From Candidatus Eiseniibacteriota bacterium (lineage in GTDB: Bacteria > Eisenbacteria > RBG-16-71-46), in assembly GCA_963725865.1 (NCBI GenBank), contig CAVSAC010000014.1, positions 1,056,001-1,120,000 of the forward strand: DNA of 64,000 nt, given 5' to 3'. Shown one piece after another: positions 31,447-41,802 of the stretch. Numbering within the stretch: the stretch's first letter is position 1; each line of letters begins with the position of its first letter. The position numbers and the translations under genes are program-made. Below the pieces are notes generated by a model, which had not been told where the DNA came from, ran no database searches, and saw nothing but the letters and a program-made list of their open reading frames with translations.

Positions 31447-32889
31447 TCAGGTCGCGGTGCCGCCGACGGTGATCTCGCTGAACAGCACCGTGGGCTGCCC
31501 CACGCCCACCGGTTTCCACTGCCCGTCCTTGCCGCACGAACCGGTGGTGCCGTCGATCTTCAGGTCGTTCGCGACCGCGGCGATGCGGAGCATGGCGTCG
31601 TTGCCGTTGCCGGTGAGCGTGGCGTTGCGCACCGGATGGGTGAGCCGGCCATCCTCGATCATCACCGCCTCGGTGACCTGGAACGAGAAGTTCCCATCGG
31701 CAGGGTTCACCGAGCCGCCGCCGAGCACCTTGCAGTATAGCCCACGCTTCACCGACGCGATCAGCTCCGCGGGCTTGGCTGGGCCGGCCTCGATGTAGGT
31801 GTTGGTCATGCGACACAGCGGGAAGTCGCGGTACGAGGCGCGCCGTCCGTTGCCGGTGGGCCGCTCGCCGGTCAGGCGCGCGTTGAGCACGTCCCACAGG
31901 TAGCCCACCAGCACGCCGTCCTCGACCAGCACGGTGCGCTGCGCCGGCGTGCCCTCGTCATCGATGCGGAACGATCCGCGGCTGTAGGGCACCAGCCCCG
32001 AGTCCACGATGGTCACGCCCCGGGCCGCCACCAGCTGACCGCGCTGGTCGGCGCGGATCGAGGTGCGCTTGCGGATGGTGTCGCCCTCCATGCTGTGCCC
32101 GAAGCACTCGTGCACCATCACGCCGCCCCAGCCGGGCGAGACCACCACGGGATACGAGCCCGCCTCCGGCTCGCGGGCCGACAGCAGCGTGACCGCGCTG
32201 GCCGCCGCTTCGCGCGCCACCGTCTCGGGGCTGCGCTGCTGCTCGAAGTACGCCGCGTCCACGCAACCGCCCGCGGCGGCGAACCCGCTCTGGCGCTGAT
32301 CGCCCTCGAGCGCCAGCGCCGACACCACGAGGCGCGAGAGATAGGCGCGGTCGGCGGCCCAGCCACCATCGCTGTTCGCGACCAGGAACGCCTTCGCGGC
32401 GTCCCCCAGGCCGATCGAGACCTCGTGCACGCGCGCATCGTGCGAGCGGGCGGCATCGTCGGCACGCTGCAGCAGCGCGATCTTCGCCGGCTCGTCGAGC
32501 GCCAGCGGCGCGGGCGCGGTGAGCGTGAACGGCGGCGGCGCGTCCACGACGCGGAACGGTTGCGGGGGCGCCCCGGGCGTGCCGTCGCGGGCGATGCGCG
32601 ACGCCACCCGCGCGGCCTCGCGCAGGTCGTCGGGCGCGAACCCGTCCGCGTAGGCGTAGCCGGTCTGCTCGCCCACGATCGCGCGAATCCCGACGCCGCT
32701 CGTCACGGACAGCGAGGAGGACTTGAGGCGGCGCTCGTCGTACGAGAATCCGGTGTGCGTCGCGTGCTCGGCGTATACCTCCGCGAACTCGGAGCCCTGC
32801 GCGCGCGCGATGGCGAGCAGCTCCTCCACCAGTTCGCGCGGCAGCGCGGCGGAGAGGTCGGGGGGCAGGCGGCTGGGCTCGTGGTTCAT
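31447..32889 (-). CDS. tldD: TldD metalloprotease
   Basis: GVGIRAI, HECFGHSMEGD, IDDEG, RMTNT, CGKDGQ. Confidence 0.93.
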   Translation of the reverse strand: MNHEPSRLPPDLSAALPRELVEELLAIARAQGSEFAEVYAEHATHTGFSYDERRLKSSSLSVTSGVGIRAIVGEQTGYAYADGFAPDDLREAARVASRIARDGTPGAPPQPFRVVDAPPPFTLTAPAPLALDEPAKIALLQRADDAARSHDARVHEVSIGLGDAAKAFLVANSDGGWAADRAYLSRLVVSALALEGDQRQSGFAAAGGCVDAAYFEQQRSPETVAREAAASAVTLLSAREPEAGSYPVVVSPGWGGVMVHECFGHSMEGDTIRKRTSIRADQRGQLVAARGVTIVDSGLVPYSRGSFRIDDEGTPAQRTVLVEDGVLVGYLWDVLNARLTGERPTGNGRRASYRDFPLCRMTNTYIEAGPAKPAELIASVKRGLYCKVLGGGSVNPADGNFSFQVTEAVMIEDGRLTHPVRNATLTGNGNDAMLRIAAVANDLKIDGTTGSCGKDGQWKPVGVGQPTVLFSEITVGGTAT

Positions 32890-33102
32890 GAGGTTCCGGG
32901 AGGTGAGCGGGCGTGGGCGACCGGGCGGCAGCGTATCGGAGGGCTCGCCGGGGCCGCAATGCGCACGGGGCCGCGGCGACGCACCAGCTTTCCGCTCTCT
33001 GAAGCGCCCGCAAGTTCCTCCAGAACGAGCATCCTCCGCGAATGACCGGACAGCCCAACCCGCTGTGGCCGAACGGATAAGCAGGCCGGAAAAGATTTCA
33101 TG

Positions 33103-33120
33103 TAACTGACCGGTCAGTTA
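33103..33120. promoter_or_regulatory. Probable TetR operator
   Basis: Perfect 18-bp palindrome TAACTGACCGGTCAGTTA about 48 nt upstream of tetR. Confidence 0.8.
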
Positions 33121-33167
33121 TCTATCCAAAGCCCACACGCTCGACCCACTCCTCGATGGAGGTCCGC

Positions 33168-33836
33168 ATGACGACACACCCCACGACCCGGCCGACCGGC
33201 GCGACGCCGCGCTGGAAGCGGCGCAAGGACGCCCGCCCGGCCGAGATCCTCGCGGCCGCGCTCGAGGTGTTCACGGAGCGCGGCTACGCCGCCGCGCGCC
33301 TCGAAGACGTCGCGCGCCGCGCGGGTGTCACCAAGGGCACGATGTACCTCTACTTCGACAGCAAGGAAGCGCTGCTCGAGGCGGCGGTGCGCGAGAACAT
33401 CCTGCCGGTCATCGAGCGGGGCGAGCGCCGTCTCGACGAGTACGAGGGGCCGGCGGACGCGCTCCTGCGCGAACTGGTGCGCACCTGGTGGAGCTACGTC
33501 GCCGCGACGCCCATCGGGGGCATCAGCAAGCTGGTGATGGCCGAGGCCCGCAACTTCCCCGACCTCGCGCGCTTCTACCACCAGGAGGTCGTGCAGCGCG
33601 GGCATCGCCTGTTCGGTCGCGCGCTCCAGCGGGGCATCGACGCCGGGGAATTCCGCCCCGTCGACGTGGCCACCGCGGTGCGGCTGATCGTCGCGCCGCT
33701 GCTCATGGGCTCGCTGTGGCGTCATTCCTTCAGCAACTGCGAGGCGACGCGCGTCGATTTCGATCAGGTCGTCGAGCTCCACCTCGACGTGTTCCTGCGC
33801 GGCATCGCCGCGCGACCGGAGGCGCACCATGCGTGA
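33168..33836 (+). CDS. TetR/AcrR family regulator
   Basis: ILAAALEVF..RLEDVARRAGVTKGTMYLYF; GGAGG RBS. Confidence 0.93.
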   Translation: MTTHPTTRPTGATPRWKRRKDARPAEILAAALEVFTERGYAAARLEDVARRAGVTKGTMYLYFDSKEALLEAAVRENILPVIERGERRLDEYEGPADALLRELVRTWWSYVAATPIGGISKLVMAEARNFPDLARFYHQEVVQRGHRLFGRALQRGIDAGEFRPVDVATAVRLIVAPLLMGSLWRHSFSNCEATRVDFDQVVELHLDVFLRGIAARPEAHHA

Positions 33837-35169
33837 TGTCCGACCCCTGCTCCTCGCCGCGACGTTCCTGGCGCTGGTCGCCGCTCCCGCGCGCGCTCAG
33901 GAGCCGCAGCGGCTGAGCCTCGCCGACGCGATCCGGATCGCCTCGTCCACCGCGCCGCAGGTCGCGCTCGCCGAGCTGCGCGAGCGCGAGGCGCGCACGA
34001 AGGTGGGACAGGCGCGCGCCGCGTTCCTGCCGAGCGTCGGCGGAGCGGCGTACGAGAACGAGCGCACGTTCAACCGGCTCACCACCGGCTTCGACTTCCC
34101 GAGCCTGCCCGGCACGGCGCCGTTTCCGATCATCCTCGGCCCCGTCAAGAGCTACGACGCGCGCGTGAAGGCCAGCCAGACCCTGTTCGACGGAGCCTCG
34201 TGGGCCCGGCTCGGCGCCGCCCGCACCGGCGTGCAGGTCAGCGTCGCCGAGCGCCGCGGCACGGCCGAGGCGGCCGCCCAGGGCGCCGCCCTCGCGTACC
34301 TGCACCGCGCGCGCGCCGGCGCGCAGCTCGCGGCCCGCCGTGCGGACGAAGCGCTGGCCGACACGCTCGCGCACCTCGCGACCCAGCAGGAGCGGGCGGG
34401 GGTGACGCCCCACATCGACGCGGTGCGCGCCCGTACCCAGTACGTCGCCGCGCTCGGCGAGCGCGTGGTCGCGGAGAACCAGGTGGACCAGGCCGACATC
34501 ACCCTGGCGCGCGCGCTCGGCATCGATCCCACCACGCGCTTCGCGCTCGCGGACACGATGATGGAGACGCTGAGCGCTCCCGGTGTGGTGAGCGATTCGC
34601 TGGCGGGTGCGCTCGCGCAGGCGCAGGCGCGCCGCCCCGAGCTCGACGCCGAGCGCGCGCGGCTCGCGCGCGCCGAGAGCGAACGGCGCGCGACCTCGCT
34701 CGAACGCCTGCCGCGCGTCGACGTCTCGGGCGATTGGGGACCGAGCGGAGTCCAACTCGCGGACGCGACTCCGACGCGGCAATGGACGGTGGCGGTCAGC
34801 GTGCCGCTGCTCGACGGCCTGCGCCGCGAATCGCGGCTCGCGGAGCAGGGCGCGCTGATCCGCGAGAGCCAGGTCCGCCTGCACGACCTGCAGTCCCAGC
34901 TCACAGCCGAGGTCGCCGGCGCCCTGCTCGACATCGCCAACGGCGAGCGCCAACAGGAGGTCGCGGTCGAACGCCTCGCGCTGGCCGACCAGGAGGTCGC
35001 CGAGGCGCGCGAGCGCTTCGCCCAGGGCGTGGCCAACAACATCGAGGTCATCGACGCCCAGTCGTCGCTGGTGCGCGCCCGCGACGCCCTGATCGAAGCC
35101 CGTCATGCGACCGCCGTCGGCCGCCTGGAGCTCGCACGCGCCACCGGCGACGTCCTGTCCCTGCGATGA
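33829..35169 (+). CDS. TolC family outer-membrane efflux protein
   Basis: Signal peptide; LSLADAI, two OEP repeats, RFAQG..EVIDAQ. Confidence 0.9.
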   Translation: MRDVRPLLLAATFLALVAAPARAQEPQRLSLADAIRIASSTAPQVALAELREREARTKVGQARAAFLPSVGGAAYENERTFNRLTTGFDFPSLPGTAPFPIILGPVKSYDARVKASQTLFDGASWARLGAARTGVQVSVAERRGTAEAAAQGAALAYLHRARAGAQLAARRADEALADTLAHLATQQERAGVTPHIDAVRARTQYVAALGERVVAENQVDQADITLARALGIDPTTRFALADTMMETLSAPGVVSDSLAGALAQAQARRPELDAERARLARAESERRATSLERLPRVDVSGDWGPSGVQLADATPTRQWTVAVSVPLLDGLRRESRLAEQGALIRESQVRLHDLQSQLTAEVAGALLDIANGERQQEVAVERLALADQEVAEARERFAQGVANNIEVIDAQSSLVRARDALIEARHATAVGRLELARATGDVLSLR

Positions 35170-36335
35170 CCGCCATCCCATCCACGAGGAGAGACTCCGT
35201 GACCCCCACGCTCGACGACACCGCCACCACGGCCGCCCCCGCGGCGCCGCTCGCCGGCCTGCCGCCGACCGGGTCCGTCGCGCCCGCGGCCCCGCGTTCC
35301 GACGGCGCGCCCGCCGCGGCTCCGGAGGCCAACGCGACCTCGCGTCGCCCGGTCGTGTTCGCGCTGCTCGGGGTGGTGGCGCTGGTGCTGCTCGCGCTGC
35401 TCGCTCGCCAGTGGTGGTTCGGGCGGCATCACGTGCGCACCGACAACGCGCAGGTCGAGGGCCACATCATCCCGGTGCTGCCGAAGGTCGGCGGCTACGT
35501 CGCGCGCGTGAACGCCGAGGACGACGTCGCGGTGCGCGCCGGCGACACGCTCGTGGTGCTGGACGACCGCGACTACCGCGCCCGGCTGGCGCAGACCGAG
35601 GGCGACCTCGCCAAGGAGATCGCCGCGGCCGGGTCGCTCCACCACCCCGGCCAGGCCGAGGCGCAGCTCGCCGCGGCGCGCTCCGCGGTGGCACAGGCCG
35701 AGGCCGCGGCGGCGCGTGCGCGCAACGACCTCGAGCGCTATCGCTCGCTGGCGCCGCGCGGGATCGTGAGCCACCAGCAGCTCGATGGCGCCGAGGCCTC
35801 CGCGCAGGTGGCCGACGCCCAGCTCGCCGCCGCGCGCGACCAGGTCATGGCCGCCGCGGCCGCGCTGACGGGCGCCGGCGCGCGGGTCGAGGCGGCGCGC
35901 GCCTCGCGCGACCAGGCTGCGCTCCAGGTGTCGTACGCCACCGTGGTCGCGCCGCACTCCGGCGTCGTGAGCCGCAAGAACGTCGAGGTCGGCCAGCTCG
36001 TCCAGCCGGGGCAGGCGCTGATGGCGGTGGTCCCGCTCGACGACGTGTGGGTCGTGGCGAACCTCAAGGAGACCGAGGTGCGCGACGTGGACCCGGGCGA
36101 TCCGGTGGATCTCGAGGTGGACGCCTACCACGGCCGCCACTTCCACGGCGCGGTGGAGAGCCTGAGCCCGGCGACCGGCGCGCGGTTCTCGCTGCTGCCG
36201 CCCGACAACGCCACCGGCAACTTCACGAAGGTGGTCCAGCGCATCCCGGTGCGCGTCCGCGTCACCGACCCGCGGGACCCGGCGCATCCGCTGCGCCCGG
36301 GGATGAGCGCGCTCGTCACGATCCGGACTCGCTGA
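35166..36335 (+). CDS. emrA: EmrA/HlyD membrane fusion protein
   Basis: TDNAQVEG, FSLLPPDNATGNFTKVVQRIPV; alternative start GTG 35199. Confidence 0.9.
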   Translation: MTAIPSTRRDSVTPTLDDTATTAAPAAPLAGLPPTGSVAPAAPRSDGAPAAAPEANATSRRPVVFALLGVVALVLLALLARQWWFGRHHVRTDNAQVEGHIIPVLPKVGGYVARVNAEDDVAVRAGDTLVVLDDRDYRARLAQTEGDLAKEIAAAGSLHHPGQAEAQLAAARSAVAQAEAAAARARNDLERYRSLAPRGIVSHQQLDGAEASAQVADAQLAAARDQVMAAAAALTGAGARVEAARASRDQAALQVSYATVVAPHSGVVSRKNVEVGQLVQPGQALMAVVPLDDVWVVANLKETEVRDVDPGDPVDLEVDAYHGRHFHGAVESLSPATGARFSLLPPDNATGNFTKVVQRIPVRVRVTDPRDPAHPLRPGMSALVTIRTR

Positions 36336-36342
36336 GGCGCTC

Positions 36343-37932
36343 ATGTCGCGCTCGATCGCACCCGTGGCGCTGCCGAACGGCATCTCCGCCGCGACCTACC
36401 GCAACCGCTGGATCCTCGCGATCACGGTGACGTTCGCCTCCGCCATGGAGCTGATCGACACCAGCATCGTGAACGTCGCGATCCCGCACATGATGGGCAA
36501 CCTCGGCGCCACGCTCGACCAGATCGCGTGGGTGTCGACCGGCTACATCGTCGCGAACGTGATCATCCTGCCGATCACCGGATGGCTGTCGGCGTTGCTC
36601 GGCCGGCGCCGCTACTTCGCCGGCTCGATCGCCCTGTTCACGATCGCGTCGTTCTTCTGCGGCAACTCGCACACCCTGCAGGAGCTCGTGACGTGGCGCA
36701 TCATCCAGGGCCTCGGCGGCGGCGCGCTGCTCTCCACCGCGCAGGCGGTGCTCTACGAGGTGTTCCCGCGCGAGGAGTACGGCGCGGCGATGGCGATCTT
36801 CGGGGTCGGCATCATGGTGGGCCCCACGCTCGGCCCGACGCTCGGCGGCTACCTCACGGACGCCCTGTCGTGGCCGTGGATCTTCTACATCAACCTCCCG
36901 TTCGGCATGATGGCGCTGATGCTGACGCTCGCGTACATGCCCGACTCGGTGCACGCGCGTCGCGTGCAGGGCGTCGACTACGTGGGCCTCGCGCTGCTGG
37001 TGATCGGCATCGGCATGCTGCAGACCATGCTCGAGCGCGGGGAGCGCGCGGGCTGGTTCGATTCGCGCGAGATCGTCGTCTACGCGGCGGTGAGCGCGGT
37101 GGCGCTGCTCGGGCTGGTGGCGCACGAGCTCACGACCGAGCACCCGGTGATCGATCTGCGCATCCTGCGCAACCGCCAGTTCGCCGCGGGCGTGGCGTTC
37201 GCGGGCGCGCTCGGCCTGTGCCTGTACGCCACCGTGTTCGTGCTGCCGGTGTACCTGCAGACGCTGCTCGGCTTCACCGCCCAGCAGACCGGGCTCGTGA
37301 TCCTGCCGGGCGCGCTCGCCAGCGCCGCGACGATGGCGGTCATCGGCCGCACCGCCGGCCGCTACGATCCGCGCGTGGTGATCGCCGCGGGGGTCGGGAT
37401 CTTCCTGCTCGCGATGTGGCAGCACTACCACTTCACCACCCAGAGCGGCACCAGCGACTTCCTGCTGCCGCTGGTGCTGCGCGGCGTCGGGCTGGGGATG
37501 ATCTTCGTGCCGCTGTCGAATCTCGCGATCGCGCGCCTGCGCATGGACCAGATCCCGAACGCGATGGGGCTCTACAACCTCACGCGCCAGCTCGGCGGCA
37601 GCATCGGGATCGCGCTGTCGGCCACCACGCTCCAGCACCTCCAGGTCACTCATCGCGAGGCGTTGATCGCGCATGTCACCGCGTACGATGCCCCGGCGGT
37701 GCAGCGGCTGAGCGCGTTCGCAGCGAACCTGGTCGCGCGCGGCTGGTCCCCCGCGCGGGCGGATGCGGGCGCGCTCGCGATGGTGAACGCGCAGGTCACG
37801 CGGCAGGCGCTGATGCTCTCGTTCGAGGACCTGTTCCTGCTGTTCGGCTTCTCGCTGGCCCTCGCGTTGCCCCTGCTGCTGATCATGCGGCCGACGGCGG
37901 GCGGCATGGGGCCCGGTGGAGCGTCCCACTGA
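36343..37932 (+). CDS. emrB: DHA2/EmrB MFS efflux permease
   Basis: MELIDTSIVNVAIP, GPTLGPTLGG, WIFYINLP, RQLGGSIG. Confidence 0.93.
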   Translation: MSRSIAPVALPNGISAATYRNRWILAITVTFASAMELIDTSIVNVAIPHMMGNLGATLDQIAWVSTGYIVANVIILPITGWLSALLGRRRYFAGSIALFTIASFFCGNSHTLQELVTWRIIQGLGGGALLSTAQAVLYEVFPREEYGAAMAIFGVGIMVGPTLGPTLGGYLTDALSWPWIFYINLPFGMMALMLTLAYMPDSVHARRVQGVDYVGLALLVIGIGMLQTMLERGERAGWFDSREIVVYAAVSAVALLGLVAHELTTEHPVIDLRILRNRQFAAGVAFAGALGLCLYATVFVLPVYLQTLLGFTAQQTGLVILPGALASAATMAVIGRTAGRYDPRVVIAAGVGIFLLAMWQHYHFTTQSGTSDFLLPLVLRGVGLGMIFVPLSNLAIARLRMDQIPNAMGLYNLTRQLGGSIGIALSATTLQHLQVTHREALIAHVTAYDAPAVQRLSAFAANLVARGWSPARADAGALAMVNAQVTRQALMLSFEDLFLLFGFSLALALPLLLIMRPTAGGMGPGGASH

Positions 37933-38013
37933 GCGCCGCGCGCGGCCGGCGTCCGGACCCTGCGCGCCGCTGCCGCTCCACTCGGCGGGCACCATGACCC
38001 ACGAGGAGGCTCG

Positions 38014-38778
38014 ATGGCGCGGATCCGCTGGGATCGCACGGCCGTGACGCTGTTCGCGCTCGCGGCGCTCGCCGGCGGCGCGCCCGCGGCCGGCGCGCCG
38101 ACCGGGTTGCTCGCGCGCGAGGTGAAGGTGGGGGGCGAGCGCCACCGCATCGCGGTGTGGGTGCCCGCGGACTACGACGCGGCGCGCGCGTGGCCGTGCG
38201 TGGTGTTCCTCCACGGCTCCGGCGAGTGCGGCACCGACGGCGTGAAGCCCACACGCGTCGGATTGCTGCCGGCGGTCATGGCGCACCCCGAGCGCTGGCC
38301 CTGCCTGGTGGTCGCGCCCCAGAAGCCGCGCGAGGAGGAGGAGTGGGAGGAGCGCGAGGCGCTGGTGCTCGCCGCGCTGCGGGCGGTGGAGCGCGAGTTC
38401 CACGTCGACCGCGCTCGCGTCGCGCTCACCGGCATCTCACAGGGCGGGCACGGAACCTGGATGATCGGCGCACGCCACCCGGACGAGTTCTCGTGTCTGG
38501 CGCCGGTGTGCGGTTACGGCCGCGCGGGCACGGTGGCCCGGCGCGTGGTGCGGCTGCCCGTGTGGGCGTTCCACGGACTGAAGGACGACCTCGTGGATCC
38601 CGCCGACACCCGCCGCATCGTCGAGGCGCTGCGCGTGGAGCGCACCGCGCGCGGACTCGACCCCGACGGCGCGCGCGCCACGCTCTATCCGGACCTCAAC
38701 CACGGATGCTGGGACGCGGCCTACGGCGAACCCGGGCTGCCGGTGTGGATGCTGGCACAGACGCGCGCGGCGCGCTGA
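38014..38778 (+). CDS. Secreted alpha/beta hydrolase (esterase/peptidase-like)
   Basis: FLHGSGE, GISQGG nucleophile, FHGLKDD, NHGCW. Confidence 0.85.
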   Translation: MARIRWDRTAVTLFALAALAGGAPAAGAPTGLLAREVKVGGERHRIAVWVPADYDAARAWPCVVFLHGSGECGTDGVKPTRVGLLPAVMAHPERWPCLVVAPQKPREEEEWEEREALVLAALRAVEREFHVDRARVALTGISQGGHGTWMIGARHPDEFSCLAPVCGYGRAGTVARRVVRLPVWAFHGLKDDLVDPADTRRIVEALRVERTARGLDPDGARATLYPDLNHGCWDAAYGEPGLPVWMLAQTRAAR

Positions 38779-38793
38779 AACGGGCCGCGCGGA

Positions 38794-39174
38794 TCAGGTC
38801 TCCTGCGGCAGCCGCTGGAACGCGCGGAGCGCTCCACCCAACATCGCCGCCGGCACCACCAGCAGCAGGCGGGTCACGATCCACCAGGTCGGCGCGTCGC
38901 CGTGGATCTCGACCGCGATCGCAAGGCTGATCAGCAGGCGCACCAGCCCCATCACGCCAGCGTGCGCGACCTCGGACTGTCGCGCCAGCACTCCGGTCAG
39001 CCAGCCCGCGAATCCGATCGATGCGAAATGGGCGAGGATCGCGCACACCAGCACCAGGGTACGCCGGTCGTCGCCATCCGGCACCGCGATCATGCCGAAC
39101 GCCGAATCACTGGTCAGCGTGAGCGCGTAGCTCGCCGCCACGCCGGCGAGGACCGCGAGGAAGCTCCGCGACAT
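38794..39174 (-). CDS. Hypothetical four-TM membrane protein
   Basis: MSRSFLAVLAG start; four hydrophobic helices; PTWW motif. Confidence 0.7.
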   Translation of the reverse strand: MSRSFLAVLAGVAASYALTLTSDSAFGMIAVPDGDDRRTLVLVCAILAHFASIGFAGWLTGVLARQSEVAHAGVMGLVRLLISLAIAVEIHGDAPTWWIVTRLLLVVPAAMLGGALRAFQRLPQET

Positions 39175-39302
39175 CGGGGGACGCCTTTCGAGGGGGTCGG
39201 TGCGCGGGGATGACGCGCGGCAGGATAGCACCGCCGGTGCGGCTTTCGCGAGGGTCTCCGGGGCCGGCGCACCGCGCTGGCCTGTGCTAGATTCGGCTTC
39301 TC

Positions 39303-41672
39303 ATGAGTACCGCCGACCACCTCGACCCGGGCGCTGCGACGTCGTCCCAGCCCGCCGCCGGCGTGGACGAGGGCTGTCTTGAGATCCTCTCCGACCGCCT
39401 ACGCAACAGCTCGGGCGTGGTCGCGATCGAGGCCGATTTCCGCGGGCAGACGCTCACGGTTCGCTACGACCCGACGCTCATCGCCCCCGACCAACTCTCC
39501 CGCCTCGCCGACGAGGTCGGCGGGTTGTTCAAGCAGCGCGTGACCACCTGCGAGCGGCGCGAGACGCCGGGCGCGTGCGACGAATGCGCGCTGCGGCTCG
39601 CGCACCTGCCGGCGGAGGAGCGCGAGCAGTACCAGATCTCGTCCGATCCGGGCCGCATCGGCCTCGCGCGGCGCGTGGCTCCGGTGGGCAGCGCCGAGCT
39701 GGTCCGGCCGCTCTCCGCCCTCAAGCCGTGGGGCGCCAGCCTCAGCCCGGCCGACCAGGAGCACCTGGCCGAAGGGCGCGCGATGACCTGGCTGACCGGC
39801 GGCTGCCTCGCGCTGCTGGTGACCGGCATGGTGCTCGAATGGGCCCACGCCCCCTCGCTGGCGCATCACGCCGCGTACGTCGGTGCGGCGCTGCTCGGGT
39901 CGTGGTTCGCGCTGCGCGGCACGCTGGCATCGCTCGCGCGGATGCGTTTCGACGTGAACCTGCTGATGCTGCTCGCCGCGCTCGGCGCCGGCGTGATCGG
40001 TTACGTCGCCGAGGCGGCCGTGCTCATGTTCCTGTTCTCGCTCAGCAACACGCTCGAGGTGTACACGATGGGCCGCACGCGCCGCGCGCTCCGCGCGCTG
40101 CTCGAGCTGCGCCCGGCCACCGCGCGCGTGCAACGCGACGGCCGCGAGATCGAGATCCCGGCCGAGGACGCGCGAGTCGGCGAGATCGCGATCGTGAAAC
40201 CGGGCGAGGCGGTGCCGGTCGACGGCGAGGTCGCTCAGGGCGCCTCGCTGGTGGACATGAGCAACCTCACGGGCGAATCGATGCCGGTCGCGGTCGCGGT
40301 CGACGCCCGGGTGTACGCGGGAACGCTCAATCTCCAGGGCGCGCTCGAGGTCCGCGTGACGCGCGCGGCCGGCGACACCGCGCTCGCGCGCATCGTGCGG
40401 CTGGTGCAGGAGGCCCAGGAACAGAAGTCGCGCACCGAGGAGGTCGCGCAGTGGGTCGGCCGCTACTACACGGTGGTCGTGATGATCGGCGCCGCGCTCA
40501 TGATCGTGGTCCCGCCGTTCGTCCTCCACCAGGACTTCATGCACTCGTTCTACCGCGCGATGACGCTGCTGGTGGTGGCGTCCCCGTGCGCGCTGGTGAT
40601 CGCCACGCCCGCCACCATCCTGTCGGCGATCGCCAACGCGGCGCGCCACGGCGTGCTGTTCAAGGGCGGACGCTTCATCGAGGCGCTGGCGCGCGTGCGC
40701 ACCGTGGCGTTCGACAAGACGGGCACGCTCACGCTCGGCCGCTTCGAGGTCACCGACGTCGAGGCGATCGAGGGCGTCGACGAGCGCGGCGTGCTGGCGT
40801 GGGCGGCCGGTGCCGAGACGCGTTCCCAGCACCCGCTCGCGCAGGCCGTCGTGCGTGCGGCCGAGGCGCGGGGCGTGGCATTCGCGACCGCGACCCACCT
40901 GACGTCGCATCCAGGCAAGGGGCTGGTGGCCGCGCTGGCCGAGGGGCCGGTCGCCATCGGCACGCCCGAGCTGTTCGAGCACCTCGGCACGCGCGCGCCG
41001 CAGGCCGTGCTCGCGCGCATCGACGCGCTGCGGCTCGAGGGCAAGACGGCGATGGCGGTGCAGGGGCCGGGGGGCTGGGGCGTGGTCGCGGCGGCCGACC
41101 AGGTGCGGCCGGCGGCGGCCGCGACGGTCGCGGAGCTGCGCCGCAATGGCGTGCGCCACGTCGTGCTGCTGTCGGGCGACAGCGTGCCGACCGTGCAGGC
41201 GATCGCCGCGCGCACCGGCGTCGACGATGCGCGCGGCGCGCTGCTGCCCGAGGACAAGGTGAACGCGATCGCCGAGCTCGAGGAGCGCGGCGAGGCGGTG
41301 GCGATGGTCGGAGACGGCGTCAACGACGCACCGGCGCTGGCGCGTGCCTCGGTGGGCATCGCGATGGGCGGCATCGGCAGCGACGCCGCGATGGAGAGTG
41401 CCGACGTGGTGCTGATGAGCGACGACCTGGGCGCGCTGCCCTACGCGGTCCGCCTCTGCCAGCGCGCGCGCCGGGTGGTGGTGCAGAACGTGGTCATCGC
41501 CTCGGGCGTGATGGTGGTGCTGGTGACGCTGGTGTTCCTCGCGCCCCAGCTCGGCCTGCCGGAGCTGCGGCTGCCGGTGGCGGTCTCGGGCCACGAGGGC
41601 AGCACCGTGGTGGTCATCCTGAACGGGCTGCGGCTGCTCGGCGTGCGCCGGCCGCGGCTGGCGCCGGCCTGA
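39303..41672 (+). CDS. Heavy-metal P1B-type ATPase, P1B-4 subclass motifs
   Basis: LTGES, VVASPCAL, DKTGT, GDGVND, HEGST. Confidence 0.93.
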   Translation: MSTADHLDPGAATSSQPAAGVDEGCLEILSDRLRNSSGVVAIEADFRGQTLTVRYDPTLIAPDQLSRLADEVGGLFKQRVTTCERRETPGACDECALRLAHLPAEEREQYQISSDPGRIGLARRVAPVGSAELVRPLSALKPWGASLSPADQEHLAEGRAMTWLTGGCLALLVTGMVLEWAHAPSLAHHAAYVGAALLGSWFALRGTLASLARMRFDVNLLMLLAALGAGVIGYVAEAAVLMFLFSLSNTLEVYTMGRTRRALRALLELRPATARVQRDGREIEIPAEDARVGEIAIVKPGEAVPVDGEVAQGASLVDMSNLTGESMPVAVAVDARVYAGTLNLQGALEVRVTRAAGDTALARIVRLVQEAQEQKSRTEEVAQWVGRYYTVVVMIGAALMIVVPPFVLHQDFMHSFYRAMTLLVVASPCALVIATPATILSAIANAARHGVLFKGGRFIEALARVRTVAFDKTGTLTLGRFEVTDVEAIEGVDERGVLAWAAGAETRSQHPLAQAVVRAAEARGVAFATATHLTSHPGKGLVAALAEGPVAIGTPELFEHLGTRAPQAVLARIDALRLEGKTAMAVQGPGGWGVVAAADQVRPAAAATVAELRRNGVRHVVLLSGDSVPTVQAIAARTGVDDARGALLPEDKVNAIAELEERGEAVAMVGDGVNDAPALARASVGIAMGGIGSDAAMESADVVLMSDDLGALPYAVRLCQRARRVVVQNVVIASGVMVVLVTLVFLAPQLGLPELRLPVAVSGHEGSTVVVILNGLRLLGVRRPRLAPA

Positions 41673-41802
41673 GCGGTCTCCGCAGCGGGCGGCGCAGGCT
41701 GCGTGCTTCGCCGCTGGGTGCCGCTGTCCACGCGTCAGCGCCCGGCGCGGCGGGGAGGACGTCGAGTGTGCCGCCCGCGGGCCCCGGCGCCGCGCGCGTG
41801 CC

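Noticed and set aside
38776..38800. TGAAAC...GGTC as a third ECF promoter
   Set aside because: Spacer is 3 nt shorter than in the two matching copies and it lies between convergent gene ends
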